A stretch of 52,532 nucleotides of DNA, the filler included, from Squatina squatina (lineage: Eukaryota): assembly GCA_031763465.1 (NCBI GenBank). It is 3 parts of 3 records of this genome, joined end to end, with 100 filler letters (N's around TTAATTAATTAA, not from the genome) between each part and the next. Parts side by side here need not be neighbours in the genome. Positions count along the whole stretch, not along the records: positions 1 to 25,205 come from JARFOE010000057.1; 2 more parts are not named here. One strand, given 5' to 3'. The notes under the pieces were generated by a model, which was given only the letters and a program-made list of their open reading frames with translations, did not search any database and had not been told where the DNA came from. Shown here piece by piece: positions 11,950-23,593 of the stretch (position 1 is the first letter of the stretch; every line of letters begins with the position of its first letter). The position numbers were made by a program, and so were the translations under genes.

Positions 11950-12700
11950 CCACAACTCTCAGTTTTGTTCCCCATTCTCTCTCCTTTTCAACCTCTCACA
12001 TTTTTTAGCCCTTATTTATCGGATAGAGAATCATTTCCCCTTTTCTCTCAAATAAAAACTGTTTCTCCGCCTTTGTCTACTATAGTCTCTCTTTCCCCTT
12101 CTCACTCTTGTACACACACTGTCTCTCCACCCTCCCTCCCTTTCAGACTCTCCCTCATTCACATGCTCAGTCTCTCACAGAGTCTCACTCTATCTCGCAA
12201 ACAGATTCTCTGAGACACTCACACAGACTTTCAGATCCACTCTCACACTGCTTCTGAGTCTCGCTCTCTCTCACTGACTGTCACTCATTCAAACACTGAC
12301 CCTGTTAAACACACTCTCACGCTCACAACCAGCATCTCACTCTTAACTACTGACCCTCTCAGACTCACCCTTACACAGACACACTGTCACACTCTGAGAC
12401 ACACTGTCACACACAGACTTTCAGATTCACTCTTACACAGCTGCTGAGTCGCTCCCTCTTTCACACTTAAACTCTCTGAGACTCACTCTCATACAGACTC
12501 TGTGCTAAACGAACTCTCACACACAACCAGAGTCTCGCTGTCACACACTGACTCTATCAGACTCGCTCTTTGACTGTCTCTCACACACAGACTCATTCTG
12601 TATCTCTCATTATTGTACTCAGCCGCTTGGTCCCCTCTTTTATGCACAGATTCTCTCTCCCATCTCTTGCACAGACACCGACTTTGCACCTCCTCTCTCA
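11950..12700. repeat. CT/CA-rich low-complexity repeat
   Basis: Repeated ctctcacac and acacagact motifs. Confidence 0.7.
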
Positions 12701-14084
12701 GACATCCTGATTGGTTCTCCCTTTGTTGTGGTATTCGGTGCAGCTACGAAGTGCCGGTGGTGGTGTGAGTGAATGTTTAGGGTGAATGTTTAGGGTAGTG
12801 GCTGTGGTGCTGATCAAGCGAGCTGCTTTGTCCTGGATGATGTGGAACTTCTAGAGCGTTGTTTGAGCTGTACTCAATCAGGCAAGTGGAGAATATTAGC
12901 CTGGATTTTCTACTTAACTTTCTGGAGCGGGGCTGAACACACAACCTTTATGATTCTAGAATCGAGAGAGTGGTACCAATGTGCCAAGGCTGACACCGAG
13001 CACTTCAAAACAGTCCTTAATCCATCCGTCCCCTAACCCGATGTGTCTTTCTTCCACAGGAGAACTCATGCTGGAACTTCCAGGAAATTTGCGAAAACCG
13101 GACTGGAGTTGAAGAAATGTTCTGGAGAATACTTGCGTCTGACTGGAAACCACTTTGGATGATCACAGGGCCGGACACACTGAGACAATTTGATGAGACT
13201 GTGAAAGATGTCAAGTGAAATCAGGGAGCTGGTGAGCAATGGTCTGAAGGTAACTGGGCTCCCCGGGGTAAGGGCTACTCTGTTCAGGGAGCTGTTTGAA
13301 AGGAAGGGGAACAGTGTGGGGAGAAATTTGGCTCCAGACCGGAGACAGAGGTTTTGCGTTACTGGGAGTTGCTCAGAGTGGAGAAGGGTTGGAAGTGGTT
13401 CCCCGGGACTCATTGCCGGCACCACATTTCCTCTCCATGTACACAGACTGTTCGGATTTGGGAATCAGGAGCACAATCTCAACATTTACTGAGGGCACAA
13501 AAGTTGCAGGTTTGACGGTCAGAAACGAGACTGTAAATGTGTTCAGGTAGACATTCTGTAGAAAGAAGAAATCAAGCTGGCGCTCAATTATTTTGCTCTT
13601 TAATTGTTATCCTCTAGTAACTGACTCATTAAAAACTGGGAATAGTGTATTTCTCAGTTACTTCAATAAAACCGCTTCAAAATTTTGAACCCCTCTATCT
13701 GATCTCCTTTTCCACTTCTCTGCTCTTGAGAAAAGTTATGTGAAGACTTTCGTCGTTGGGATGATCTCAGTGAATCTCATCTGCACCTCTCCATGGCCTT
13801 GACATTCTTTTTAAAGTAATGCATCAAAAACTGGACACAATATTCTGACACTGGCCTAACCAATGATATGTCCATGTGTAGCATTAACTCTGCTTTTATA
13901 CTCTCTGCCCTTATTTGTAAAGCATTGGATCCTGTATGAATTTTTGTAAACCAGCTTTATCAACTTGCCTCCCACTTTGAAAGATTTGTGTATCTGAATC
14001 CCTGAATTCTCCGCCCCTGTACTCCCTTTACAGTTTTTCATATAGTGTCTATTTCTTCTACTTATTCTTCTCACCTCACATCTC

Positions 14085-15982
14085 TTGTTGCATTGGATCA
14101 AGAGGAGGCCAGCCAGCCCCTTGAGCTTATTACACAGGAACAGGAGGAGGCCATTCAGCCCCTTGATCATGTTTCATAGGAACAGGAGGAGGAAATTCAG
14201 CCTATTGGGCTTGTTATGCAAGAATAGGAGGAGGCCATTCACCCTCTCGAGCTTGTTACATAGGATCAGGAGGAGACCATTCAGCCTCTCATGCTGGTTA
14301 AATTAGGAACACGAGCTGGCCATTCAGTCCATTTCGGCTGTGACATGGGAACAGGAGGAGCTTTTAGCCTCTCCTGTCATATAGGAGATGGAGAAGACCA
14401 TTGAGCCACTCGAGCAGGTTAGATAGGAACTGGAGAGGCTATTTATCTCCTTGAGATTGTTACACATGAACAGGAGGCCATTCAGCCCCTCAAACCTGTT
14501 ACATTGGAATAGGAGGATGTCAATCAGCCCCTCAAACCTATTATATTGGGACTGGAGGAGGCCATTCAGCTCCTCGAACTTGATACGTGTTAACAGGAGG
14601 AAGCCATTCAACCCCTTGAAACTGTAATATTTGAACAGGCAGAGGCCATTCAGCACTCAAACTGTTACGTGTTAACAGGAGGAGGCCGTTCAACCCCTTG
14701 AACCTGATACGTGTGAACAGGTGGAGGCCATTCAGCCCCTCGAACCTGACACGTGCTAACAGGAGGAGGCTGTTCAGCCCCTCGAACCTGATACATGTTA
14801 ACAGCAGGAGACCGTTCAGCCCCTCGTACCTGACACGTGTTAACAGGAGGAGGCCGTTCAACCCCTTGAACCTGATACGTGTGAACAGGCGGAGGCGATT
14901 CAGCCCCTCGAACCTGACACGTGTTAACAGGAGGAGGCTGTTCAGCCCCTCGAACCTGATACATGTTAACAGGAGGAGGCCGTTCAGCCCCTCGAACCTG
15001 ACACGTGCTAACAGGAGGAGGCCATTCAGCCCCTCGAACCTGATACGGATTAACAGGAGGAGGCTGTTCAGCCCCTCGAATCTGATACGTGTGAACAGGA
15101 GGAGGCCATTTCGCCCCTCGAACCTGATAAATGTTAACAGGAGGGGACCAATCAGCCCTCGAACCTGATATGTGTTAGCAGGAGGAGGCCGTTCAGCCCC
15201 TCGAACCTGATACGTGTTAACAGGAGGGGACCAATCAGCCCCTTGAACCTGATACATGTTAACAGGAGGAGGCCATTCAGCCCAGGGCCTTTAACATTAG
15301 AAAAATGAAATAAAGACTTCCCAGACCACCGGACGTCTCAAAGCGATTTACAGCCAATTAGGTACCTTTTGGAGTATAGTCACCGCAGTAATTAGGAACA
15401 GGAGAAGGCCATTCAGTCCCTCGGGGTTGTTGCATAGGAACAGGAGGTAGCCATTCATCCCCTCAAACCTGATATACAGGAACAGGTGGAGGCCATTCAG
15501 CCCCTTAATCCTGTTACATGGGAACAGGAGAACACTTGTCAGCTCCTTAAGCTCCTTGCATAGGAACAGGAGGAGGCCTTTCAATTCCTTTGGGCCTGTA
15601 TCATTAGGAACAGGAGTAGGTGTATTTGGCCCCTAGAGCCTGTTAGACAGAAAGAGGATGAGGCCATCCAGCACCTGGAGTTTGCTAGATAGGAACAGGA
15701 GGCGGCCATTCAGCCCCTCAAGCCTGTTTCATTGGAACAGGAGGAGTGCATTCAGCCCCTGAAGCCTGTTGCATCAGAACAGGAGGCGGCCATTCAGCCC
15801 CCTCGCGTTTATTACATTAGGTACAGAAGGAAGCCATTCAGCATCTTGAGTCCGTTTCATTAGCAACAGGAGGAGGCCATTGAGCCTCTACGGGCGTGTA
15901 ACACAGGAATAGGAGGAGGCCGCATAACCCCTCCAGCTTTTTAAAATTAGGAACAGCAGCAGACCATTCATCCCCTCGATCC
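14085..15982. repeat. ~42-bp minisatellite derived from a CR1/HER1 LINE 3' tail
   Basis: Core unit GTTAACAGGAGGAGGCCGTTCAGCCCCTCGAACCTGATACGT; ORFs repeat every 14 aa; homogeneous core at 14670-15285; array resumes at 17236-17345. Confidence 0.92.
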
Positions 15983-17235
15983 TATGATGACGACATGCAA
16001 GCAGTGATTCTCACCAATGGCTCAACCACAGGCCCAATTCAATTGCATACTGGGGTCAGGCGAGGCTGTGTCATTGCACCGACGCTTTTCTCCATCTTCC
16101 TCGCTGGAGCACTCCATCCCATCTCCATGAAGCTCCCCACTGGAGTTGAGCTAATCTACAGGACGAGTGGGAAAGTCTTCAACCTCCGCCGCCTCCAGTC
16201 CAAATCCAAGATCACCCCAACCTCTATGATTGAGCTGCAATTCGCAGACGACACCTGTGTGTGCACACACACGGAGGCTGATTTCCAATCCATTGTCAAT
16301 TTATTCACTGAGGTATATGAGAGATTGGGACTCACACTGAACATCCACAAGAAAAAGTTCCTAAACCAGCCATACACCACCAATTCGCAAATATCAAGAT
16401 CCACGGCAAGCCCCTGGACAACGTGAAACACTTCCCATACATTGGGAGCCTCCACTCAGCAAGGGCAGACATAGACGACGAAATCCAACACCGCCTTCAG
16501 TGTGCCAGCACAGCCTTCGGTTGCCTGAGGAAGAGAGTGTTTGAAGACAAAGACCTCAGACCCAGCACCAAGCTCATGGTTAGCAGGGCAGCAGTCATAC
16601 CCACCCTCCTGTATACATCGGAGATATGTTCACTGTACAGCAGGCACCTCAAAGCAGTGGAGAAATATGACCACTTCTGCCTCCGCAAAATCCTGCAAAT
16701 GAACTGGTAGGATAAATCCACCATCATCAGCGTTGTCTCTCAGGCCAACATCCCCAGCATCGAGGCACTGGTCACGCTCAGCCGACTGTGATGGGCGGGT
16801 CACATTGTCCGCATGCCTAACTCAAGACTCCCAAAACAAGCACTGTATTCCGATCTCCGTCATAGCAAACAGCTCCGAGGAGGGCAGAGGAAACACCACA
16901 AGGACATCCTCAAAGCCTCATTGAAAAAATGCAACATCCCCACCAACTCATGGGAATCTCGGGCCCAAGACTACCCGCAATGGAGGAGAAGCATTGTGAA
17001 GGCACCAACCGCTTTGAGCATCTCCGGTGGGAGCACATGATGGCCAAGCACAGGAAGTGGATGCAGCGCATGGAAACAAGAGCATCCCATCCTCTCGCCC
17101 CGCCAAATACCACCTGCCCCACCTGTCGTCGATTTTGCAGATCAGCATTGGACTTTTTAGCCATCTCAGAACCCACAACTCCAGAGTGGAAGCAAGTCAT
17201 CCTCGAACCCGAGGGACTGCTGAAGAGGGAGAAGA
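15983..17235 (+). mobile_element. RTE-clade LINE, 5'-truncated RT fragment inserted in the minisatellite
   Basis: TGVRRGCVIAPTLFSIFL, YRTSGKVFNLRRLQ, ELQFADD, HFPYIGS, RLPKQALYSDL...GGQRK, C-terminal CPTCRRFC. Confidence 0.9.
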
Positions 17236-17343
17236 GTGACATGGGAACAGGAGGAGGCCCTTCAGCCCCTCGAGCAAATTACTTATGAACAGGAGAAGGT
17301 CATTCAGCCCATCGAGCCTGTTACACAGAAACAGGAGGAGGCC

Positions 17344-17437
17344 ATCGTTCACAAACATGTTCCTGATGCTCATGGCCTTGGAGGAGATGCCGGTGTCGGG
17401 ATGAACCTGCTTCATCACTTTGTAGATGTAGATGGTA
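17344..17437 (-). pseudogene. Histone H2B fragment
   Basis: [31 protein letters not shown] matches the H2B core; both termini absent. Confidence 0.88.
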
Positions 17438-17439
17438 CA

Positions 17440-18050
17440 GTATGTGAGTGAGAGATTCATTCTGTATCTGCCAGTAAATCCTACCGTGCCTGAGTGTGTA
17501 TGCATCCCGTGTCTGTCAGTCCCTGCAACTCTGTGTGAGTGTGGGATTCATCCTGCATCTGTAAGACCCTGCAACTCTTTGTGAGTGAGGGATTCATCCT
17601 CTATCTGTCATTCCCTGCTACTCTGTGTGAGTGTGGGATTCATCCTCTATCTGTAAGTCCCTGCTACTCTGTGTGAATGTGGAATTCATCCTGTATCTGT
17701 CAATCCCTGCTACTCTGTGTGAATGTGGGATTCATCCTGTATCTGTCAGTCCCTGCAACTCTGTGTGAGTGTGGGATTCATCCTCTATTTGTAAGTCCCT
17801 GCTACTCTGTGTGAGTGTGGGATTCATCCTCTATCTGTAAGTCCCTGCTACTCTGTGTGAGTGTGGGATTCATCCTGTATCTGTCAGTCCCTGCTACTCT
17901 GTGTGAGTGTGGGATTCATCCTGTATCTGCCAGTCCCTGCTACTTTGTGTGAGTGTGGGATTCAGTCATTGTCTGTCAGGCCCTGCTACTTTGTGTGAAT
18001 GTGGGATTCATCCTGTATCTGTCAGTCTCTGGGACTGTGCTAGTGTGTGG
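17440..18050. repeat. 46-bp minisatellite, about 12 copies
   Basis: Unit CTCTGTGTGAGTGTGGGATTCATCCTGTATCTGTCAGTCCCTGCTA; GATTC recurs at 17821 and 17867. Confidence 0.92.
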
Positions 18051-18294
18051 AAATCATTCAAACAGAGGCCCAGGGGAGCATCAGAGCACCGGACCTGTGG
18101 CGCAACACTGCGAGGTGGTGGGGATAAAGAGCGGTGACGGCAGGGAGCTAGGCAGAGGTGCAGTGGAGTGTTGAACCTGCGGAGGAACACTGCGAGGTGG
18201 TGGGGATAAAGTGTGACGAAGGCAGGGAGCTGCACAGAGGTCCAGGGGAGCATCAGATTCACTGAAACCAGCGGCGGAGCTCAAGATGATGCCA

Positions 18295-19160
18295 CATTAG
18301 GCAGGCTAAGTGAATGTGCAAGAACATGGCAGATGGAATATAATGTGGCAAAATTTGAAGTTATCCATTTTGGTAGGAAAAACAGAAATGCAGTGTATTT
18401 TTTTAAATGTTGAGAGACTGGGAAATGTTGATGTCCAAAGGGACCTGGGTGTCCATGTTCACACGTCATTGAAAGCTGACATGTAGGTGCAGCAAGCAAT
18501 TAGGAAAGCAAATGTTATGTTGACCTTTATTACAAGAGGATTTGAGTACAGGGGTCAAGATGGCTTCCTGCAATTAAGTGCTGCCTTGCTGAGACCGCAC
18601 CTGGAGTATTGTGTGCAGTTTAATCTCCTTACCTAAGGGAGGATATACTTGCCATAGAGGGAGTGCAACATAGGTTCAACAGACTGATTTCTGGGATGGC
18701 GGGATTGTCGGTTGAGGAGAGATTGAGAAGATTAGCCCTGCATTCTCCAGAATTTCGAAGAATGAGAGGTGATCTCATTGAAACATACAAAATTCTTACA
18801 AGGTTTAACAGGATAGATGCAGGAAGGACGCTTCCCCTGGCTGGGGGATCTAGAATCAGTGGGTCACAGTCTCAGAATAAGGGGTAGGCCGTTTCGGACT
18901 GAGATTAGGAGATATTTCTTCACTCAGTGGGTGGCGAATATTTGGTATTGTCCATCCCAGAGGGCTGTGGAGGCTCAGTCATTGAGGATATTCATGACAG
19001 AGATTGATAGAATTTTAGATGTTAAGGGAATCAAGGGATATGGGGATAGTGCAGGAAAATGGCGTTGAGATAGAAGATCAGCCATGATCTTGTTGAATGT
19101 TGGACTAGGCTCGAGGGGTCGAATGGCTACTCCTGCTCCCAGTTCTTATGTTCTAATGTC
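18295..19160 (+). mobile_element. CR1/HER1-like LINE 3' fragment
   Basis: RLSECARTWQMEYNVAKFEVIHFGRKN, FRRMRGDLIETYKIL, tail gaatggctactcctgctcccagttcttatgttct. Confidence 0.9.
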
Positions 19161-20972
19161 TGTAAGGAGTTAATGTAATGTTAATTTTTTGTTAATGTGC
19201 AGATACATGTTTGTTCACCGTTCTTGAAATCTGATTTGCGGAAAGCAGCCCTGACACTGAGGAAATCTTCCTTGTGTGTCGCCACTTGAAGAGGTGGGCA
19301 ATACTCTATTTAAATATTGAGGTTCTGGACCTGACCACCAGGATTTTTAAAGAACAAAACAATAGAACAATAGAAACCCACATGGTCAGCGATAGAATTC
19401 AATTTTCTTCGAGCAAAAACTCAAATTTCAATTGGACTGCATGGGAATAAGAATCGGAAACACAGAATCCATGTCTCAATGATATCCCCGAACATATTGT
19501 GATTCTGGAAGCAGAGTTGGTCAGTAACCAGAGAAGGAAAATCACAGGAAATGGACAAAGGAAGAGTAAAACAATTTACTGTCAGAACAGCTATTACATC
19601 ATGTCATCCGGGAAATCAATGAGGTTTGGGTCTGTGACTAAACAGTTTTTGGTTTTGTTTAACATTCTGAATATTCTGGCTTGACATCAGGCTGGGGCTT
19701 TACGCCTTGACTTAATTTGTAATATTTACCTCATTTGTGAATTGCAAAATAAAATTGGCAAATGTTTACATTTTGTTACCGGGGCAACAATTAAAACACT
19801 CAAATAGTTCTTGTGTCCAGGTAAACATGTGTCACTAAAATAGCTTATCTGATGACATCTTATTGATGTTTCAATGCACCGGAACACAATTGTACTTCTG
19901 CTGTTAAAATTAGTGAAAAGAAAATGAAGTAGTATTTCATTGGAATTTCATTGTGTCTCCATACAATGGAAATATAGAAGAGAGAACGAGACTCCCATCC
20001 CTATGCCAGCTTTGTTGCCGGTTGTTGTATTGTTGCTCAATATCTTCTGGCTGTATTTCAATTCGAGCACTGATTCTTCATCAAAGATTTTCTTGTGTGA
20101 AAAGGAATGTACATTCCTGAGTCAGGAGACAAGTGGGGGAGGTAAAGATGGGGAATTTATTCACTTGCCGAATCCCCACGAGCTCCTCACTCTGTATTAC
20201 CCTGAACACTTTACAACTACAGCTGAGCAGAAACATCTGACTGCATCACGTGACAGCTCACCCTGCCTCTGAACTGGAATCTGACAAAAGGGATGATGGT
20301 GCAAGACAGAAGGAGATGGTAATGGGGCAAGTTAGGAAATAAAAGGTGCATCTAGCTCGGGTGTCACTGGAAAATTCATCAAGAGCTGCCACGGGAAAGA
20401 GAGACAAAAACAAAAAAAATAGGGTCAGATGTTACAGTCTGAAATTGATGAGCTCGATGTTGAGTCCAGAAGGCTGCAAAGTGCATAACCAAAAGATGAG
20501 GGGCAGTTCCTCGAACTTACATTGAGCTTTATTGGAACAGCGCAAGAGGCTGTGGATGGAGAGATCAGAGTGTGAGTGGAGGGGAGAATTAAAATGACCA
20601 TCCATTGGAAGATCAGGATCATGTTCACCGACCGAACGAAGGTGTTCTGGAAAGCGGTCACCCAATCTGCGTTTGGTCTCCCCAGTGCAGAGGAGACGAC
20701 ACCATGAGCAGAAAATACATTAAGTCCTTTTGAAAGAAGTAGAAGTAAATCGCTGTTTCACCTGGAAGGACTGTTTGGAGCCCTGGACAGTGGGAAGGAG
20801 GAGGTAAAAAATAAATGATCACATGTTCAAAACTAATTAAAAGACACTTTAATTCAGCAGTTGAAAACAAAAATTTAATTTTTTGAAAGATAAATTGCAA
20901 CATTTTAAAATGGCACAAAATTTACGTAAACTAATTTTAAATGTACGTTTGGAAGCGAGCGGCTGATGAGAG
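18300..20972. repeat. Copy 2 of the duplicated block
   Basis: Same order of elements and shared non-TE sequence as 8370-10967. Confidence 0.9.
20425..20790 (-). mobile_element. Penelope-like GIY-YIG fragment (paralog of 10430-10790)
   Basis: GDRFPEHLRSVGEHDPDLPMDGHFNSPLHSHSDLS...TLQPSGLNIELINF. Confidence 0.85.
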
Positions 20973-20973
20973 G

Positions 20974-21170
20974 TTTTTTTTATGTCAATCAGGCCGTGAG
21001 GGCCGGGTCACATGTGTAACATTTTTCCCCTTATTTAAACCAAATTAAACTAAAACACAAAAAAACAAATTAAATCAAAACCACTTTTTCCCCATCAAGG
21101 ATGCACTCCAGTCCCCCCGGCGTCCACCAGCTGCGGAAGGCCACAAGCGTGCCGGTGGACACCGCGTGCT
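20974..21170 (-). mobile_element. Tx1-clade LINE, very short 3' fragment with poly(A)
   Basis: T-tract followed by the same 3'UTR/ORF2 end as the adjacent copy (gtcaatcaggcc...caaggatgcactccagtc). Confidence 0.8.
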
Positions 21171-21183
21171 GGCTGGTGAGAGA

Positions 21184-22532
21184 TTTTTTTTTTATATTCA
21201 CGCGTCAATCAGGCCAGGAGGGCCAGGTCATTTGAATGATATTTTTTCCCCTTTTTTAAAAATCAAATCAAACCAAAACACACAAAACACCAAATTAAAC
21301 TAAAACCTCATTTTCCCCGTCAAGGATGCACTCCAGTCGCTCCGGTGCCCACCGGTCGTGGAAGGCCTCGATCGTGCTGGTGGACACCGTGTGCTCCCTC
21401 TCCAGTGACACCCAAGCGCGAACATAGGAGCGGAAGAGAGGCAGGCAGTCTGGACAAACGACCCCCTCGGTCGCCCTCTGCCTGGACGTGTTAATGGCCA
21501 TTTTGGCCAGGCCCAGGAGCAGGTTTACCAGGACGTCCTCCAAACGCCTCGCTCCTCCCAGCACCGGGAGCCCATATATCAGGAGCGTGGGACTGAAGTG
21601 CAGCCAAAATTTGAGGAGCAGCCCCCGCAAATATTCAAAGAGGGGCTGCAACCTCACACATTCGACATACACGTGGAACACGGACTCCCAGAAACCGCAG
21701 AAATAGCAGGCGGCCTGGGAGTCCGTGAACCAGCATAAAAGCTCCTTGCACGGGACTGCTCTGTGCAACACCCTCCAGGCCAAGTCCCCGATGGAAATTG
21801 GGAGGACTCCCGCATAGAGAGACCCCCACCGGGGACTCTCGCCCCCCCAGATGGAAGGATGGCATGCCACGGCGTGTCCTGGTGGCAGGCGAAGATGACA
21901 AAATGGAAGGTGTGCAAGAGCAGCCCGTACAGAAAAACCCTCTGCGCAGAACTAAAGGGCACAGAGGGGTATTCATGGAGGCGGCTCAAGTTGTGAGGTG
22001 CCGGCCACCAAGGGAGGTTTGGGGGCATGGCGCCAATGAGGAATTCTGTCCGAACTGTGGTAAGATCGGACAGGATGGCCCCACGTGCTTGGGCCTCCTC
22101 CATGCACAGAGTGCAGTCACGGCCCAGGGACATCATCAACGACTCGATGGCTTCGGCCGCTCGCTGGACGCTCGTCCTGGGCAGGCGACGTGACAGCTCC
22201 TCGGGCAACACCCAGCCTGCTCCTCCGCCAGCGAGGACATCCCTGACTCTAGTCACCTTGGCAACCACAGCTACACCTCTCCATCGGCCACTCCAACCCG
22301 AGGTCCTGGAAGTGCGGATTCCCGAGCAGCAGCTCGTGCACGACAGCCGCCTCTCCCGACGGGGGAGAACTGCACCTGCAGGCGACCTTGTTGCGAACCC
22401 ATAGCAGTTCCTGGTAAATGACAGGCAGCTCCCACGGGCGAGTCCTGCCGCCCAGGGTGACAAACAGGAGCTGCGAGTCATAGTTGAGGCCGTGCAGCTG
22501 GCGGAAGAAATACGTCGCCAGCGCACACCATC
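21184..22532 (-). mobile_element. Tx1-clade (L1 group) LINE, ORF2 C-terminal region, 3'UTR and poly(A)
   Basis: GDLAWRVLHRAVPC...CYFCGFWESVFHVYVEC (zf-RVT), NLLLGLAKMAI; T-tract at 21184-21193. Confidence 0.85.
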
Positions 22533-22632
22533 NNNNNNNNNNNNNNNNNNNNNNNNNNNNNNNNNNNNNNNNNNNNNNNNNNNNNNNNNNNNNNNNNNNN
22601 NNNNNNNNNNNNNNNNNNNNNNNNNNNNNNNN

Positions 22633-22890
22633 TGAGTAACGAGAAGCTGGGAAAGTTGCACTGGAGGAGAGGAGGCTAAGGGTTGATTGTACAGCAGTAT
22701 TAAAGATCCTAAAGGACATAGGCAAGATAAATGTTTAACGTAGTCATAGGTTCTACAACTAGAGTACCTACCCTGAAACCTGGAAGAGGGAAAGGTAAGA
22801 TACTTTTTAAATTCAATAATTTTACACAGAGAGTGGTGAATGTATGGAATGGACTGCCAAGGGAGGCAGTGGAGGTTGATTGTTTCAACA
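22633..22890 (+). mobile_element. Degenerate CR1 LINE fragment
   Basis: tttacacagagagtggtgaatgtatggaatggactgcca, CR1 ORF2 end (FTQRVVNVWN). Confidence 0.6.
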
Positions 22891-23593
22891 AATATGATTC
22901 CAATAAATAATTTGCTACTCAGCTTCATAAAAATACAAGGTAACCTAAGCTGATTTATTTCAGATAGATATATGCCATGTATTCTGCATAGAAAATCTCC
23001 CATTTCCAATGTACTATGACTGTAGTGTGGGTAGCATCAGACTTCACAAATGAATCAAGCAGGTGTCACCTAGATGTTTACTGGAGTTATATCTCACAAT
23101 TGATGATGCGGTTCAATTCTTCAGTTAATAACTTCAATGTTGACATTGATATTGACTGCAGTAATTTTATTACTGTTATTTGTATAAATATATATTTTAT
23201 GATTTTTAATTATGGCAGCAGAATGGTAGAATGATTGAAACTGACATTTAATTAAATGTTCATTCCATTGCAGTTATTAACTGTTGAACATATATCAGTT
23301 GGGTCAGCAAGCTTCATCTCAGGTTTTTGCACCCCAGCAAAATAAAGCGTTGCTTTGATAAGGTGAACCAATAACTATTAAAGTACAGCAAATCATGATC
23401 TCCCATATTCTCTGCACTGAAAGGAAACCATTGTACATCACTGCATTTCTTCCTTCTGCCACATATATCAATGGTAATGGGAAATTATCCACATGTGTAA
23501 CAAATTTATTGTTTGCATTCTGTGACTATATGTAATTGATCTGTGTAGCTTCATTAAATGTCAGTTTGGAAATTTCTGTCAAGTTGAGGTTTG

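Noticed and set aside
14541-15257. 238-aa repetitive ORF and overlapping ORFs
   Set aside because: By-product of a 42-bp (multiple of 3) minisatellite that is open in several frames.
14666-15285. CRISPR-like regular repeats
   Set aside because: Head-to-tail 42-bp units without unique spacers, no cas genes, vertebrate context; the unit derives from a LINE tail.
17440-18050. Second CRISPR-like array
   Set aside because: Plain 46-bp tandem repeat with no spacers.
21654-23009. 451-aa ORF
   Set aside because: Reads through an N gap and joins unrelated contigs; partly frameshifted Tx1 ORF2.
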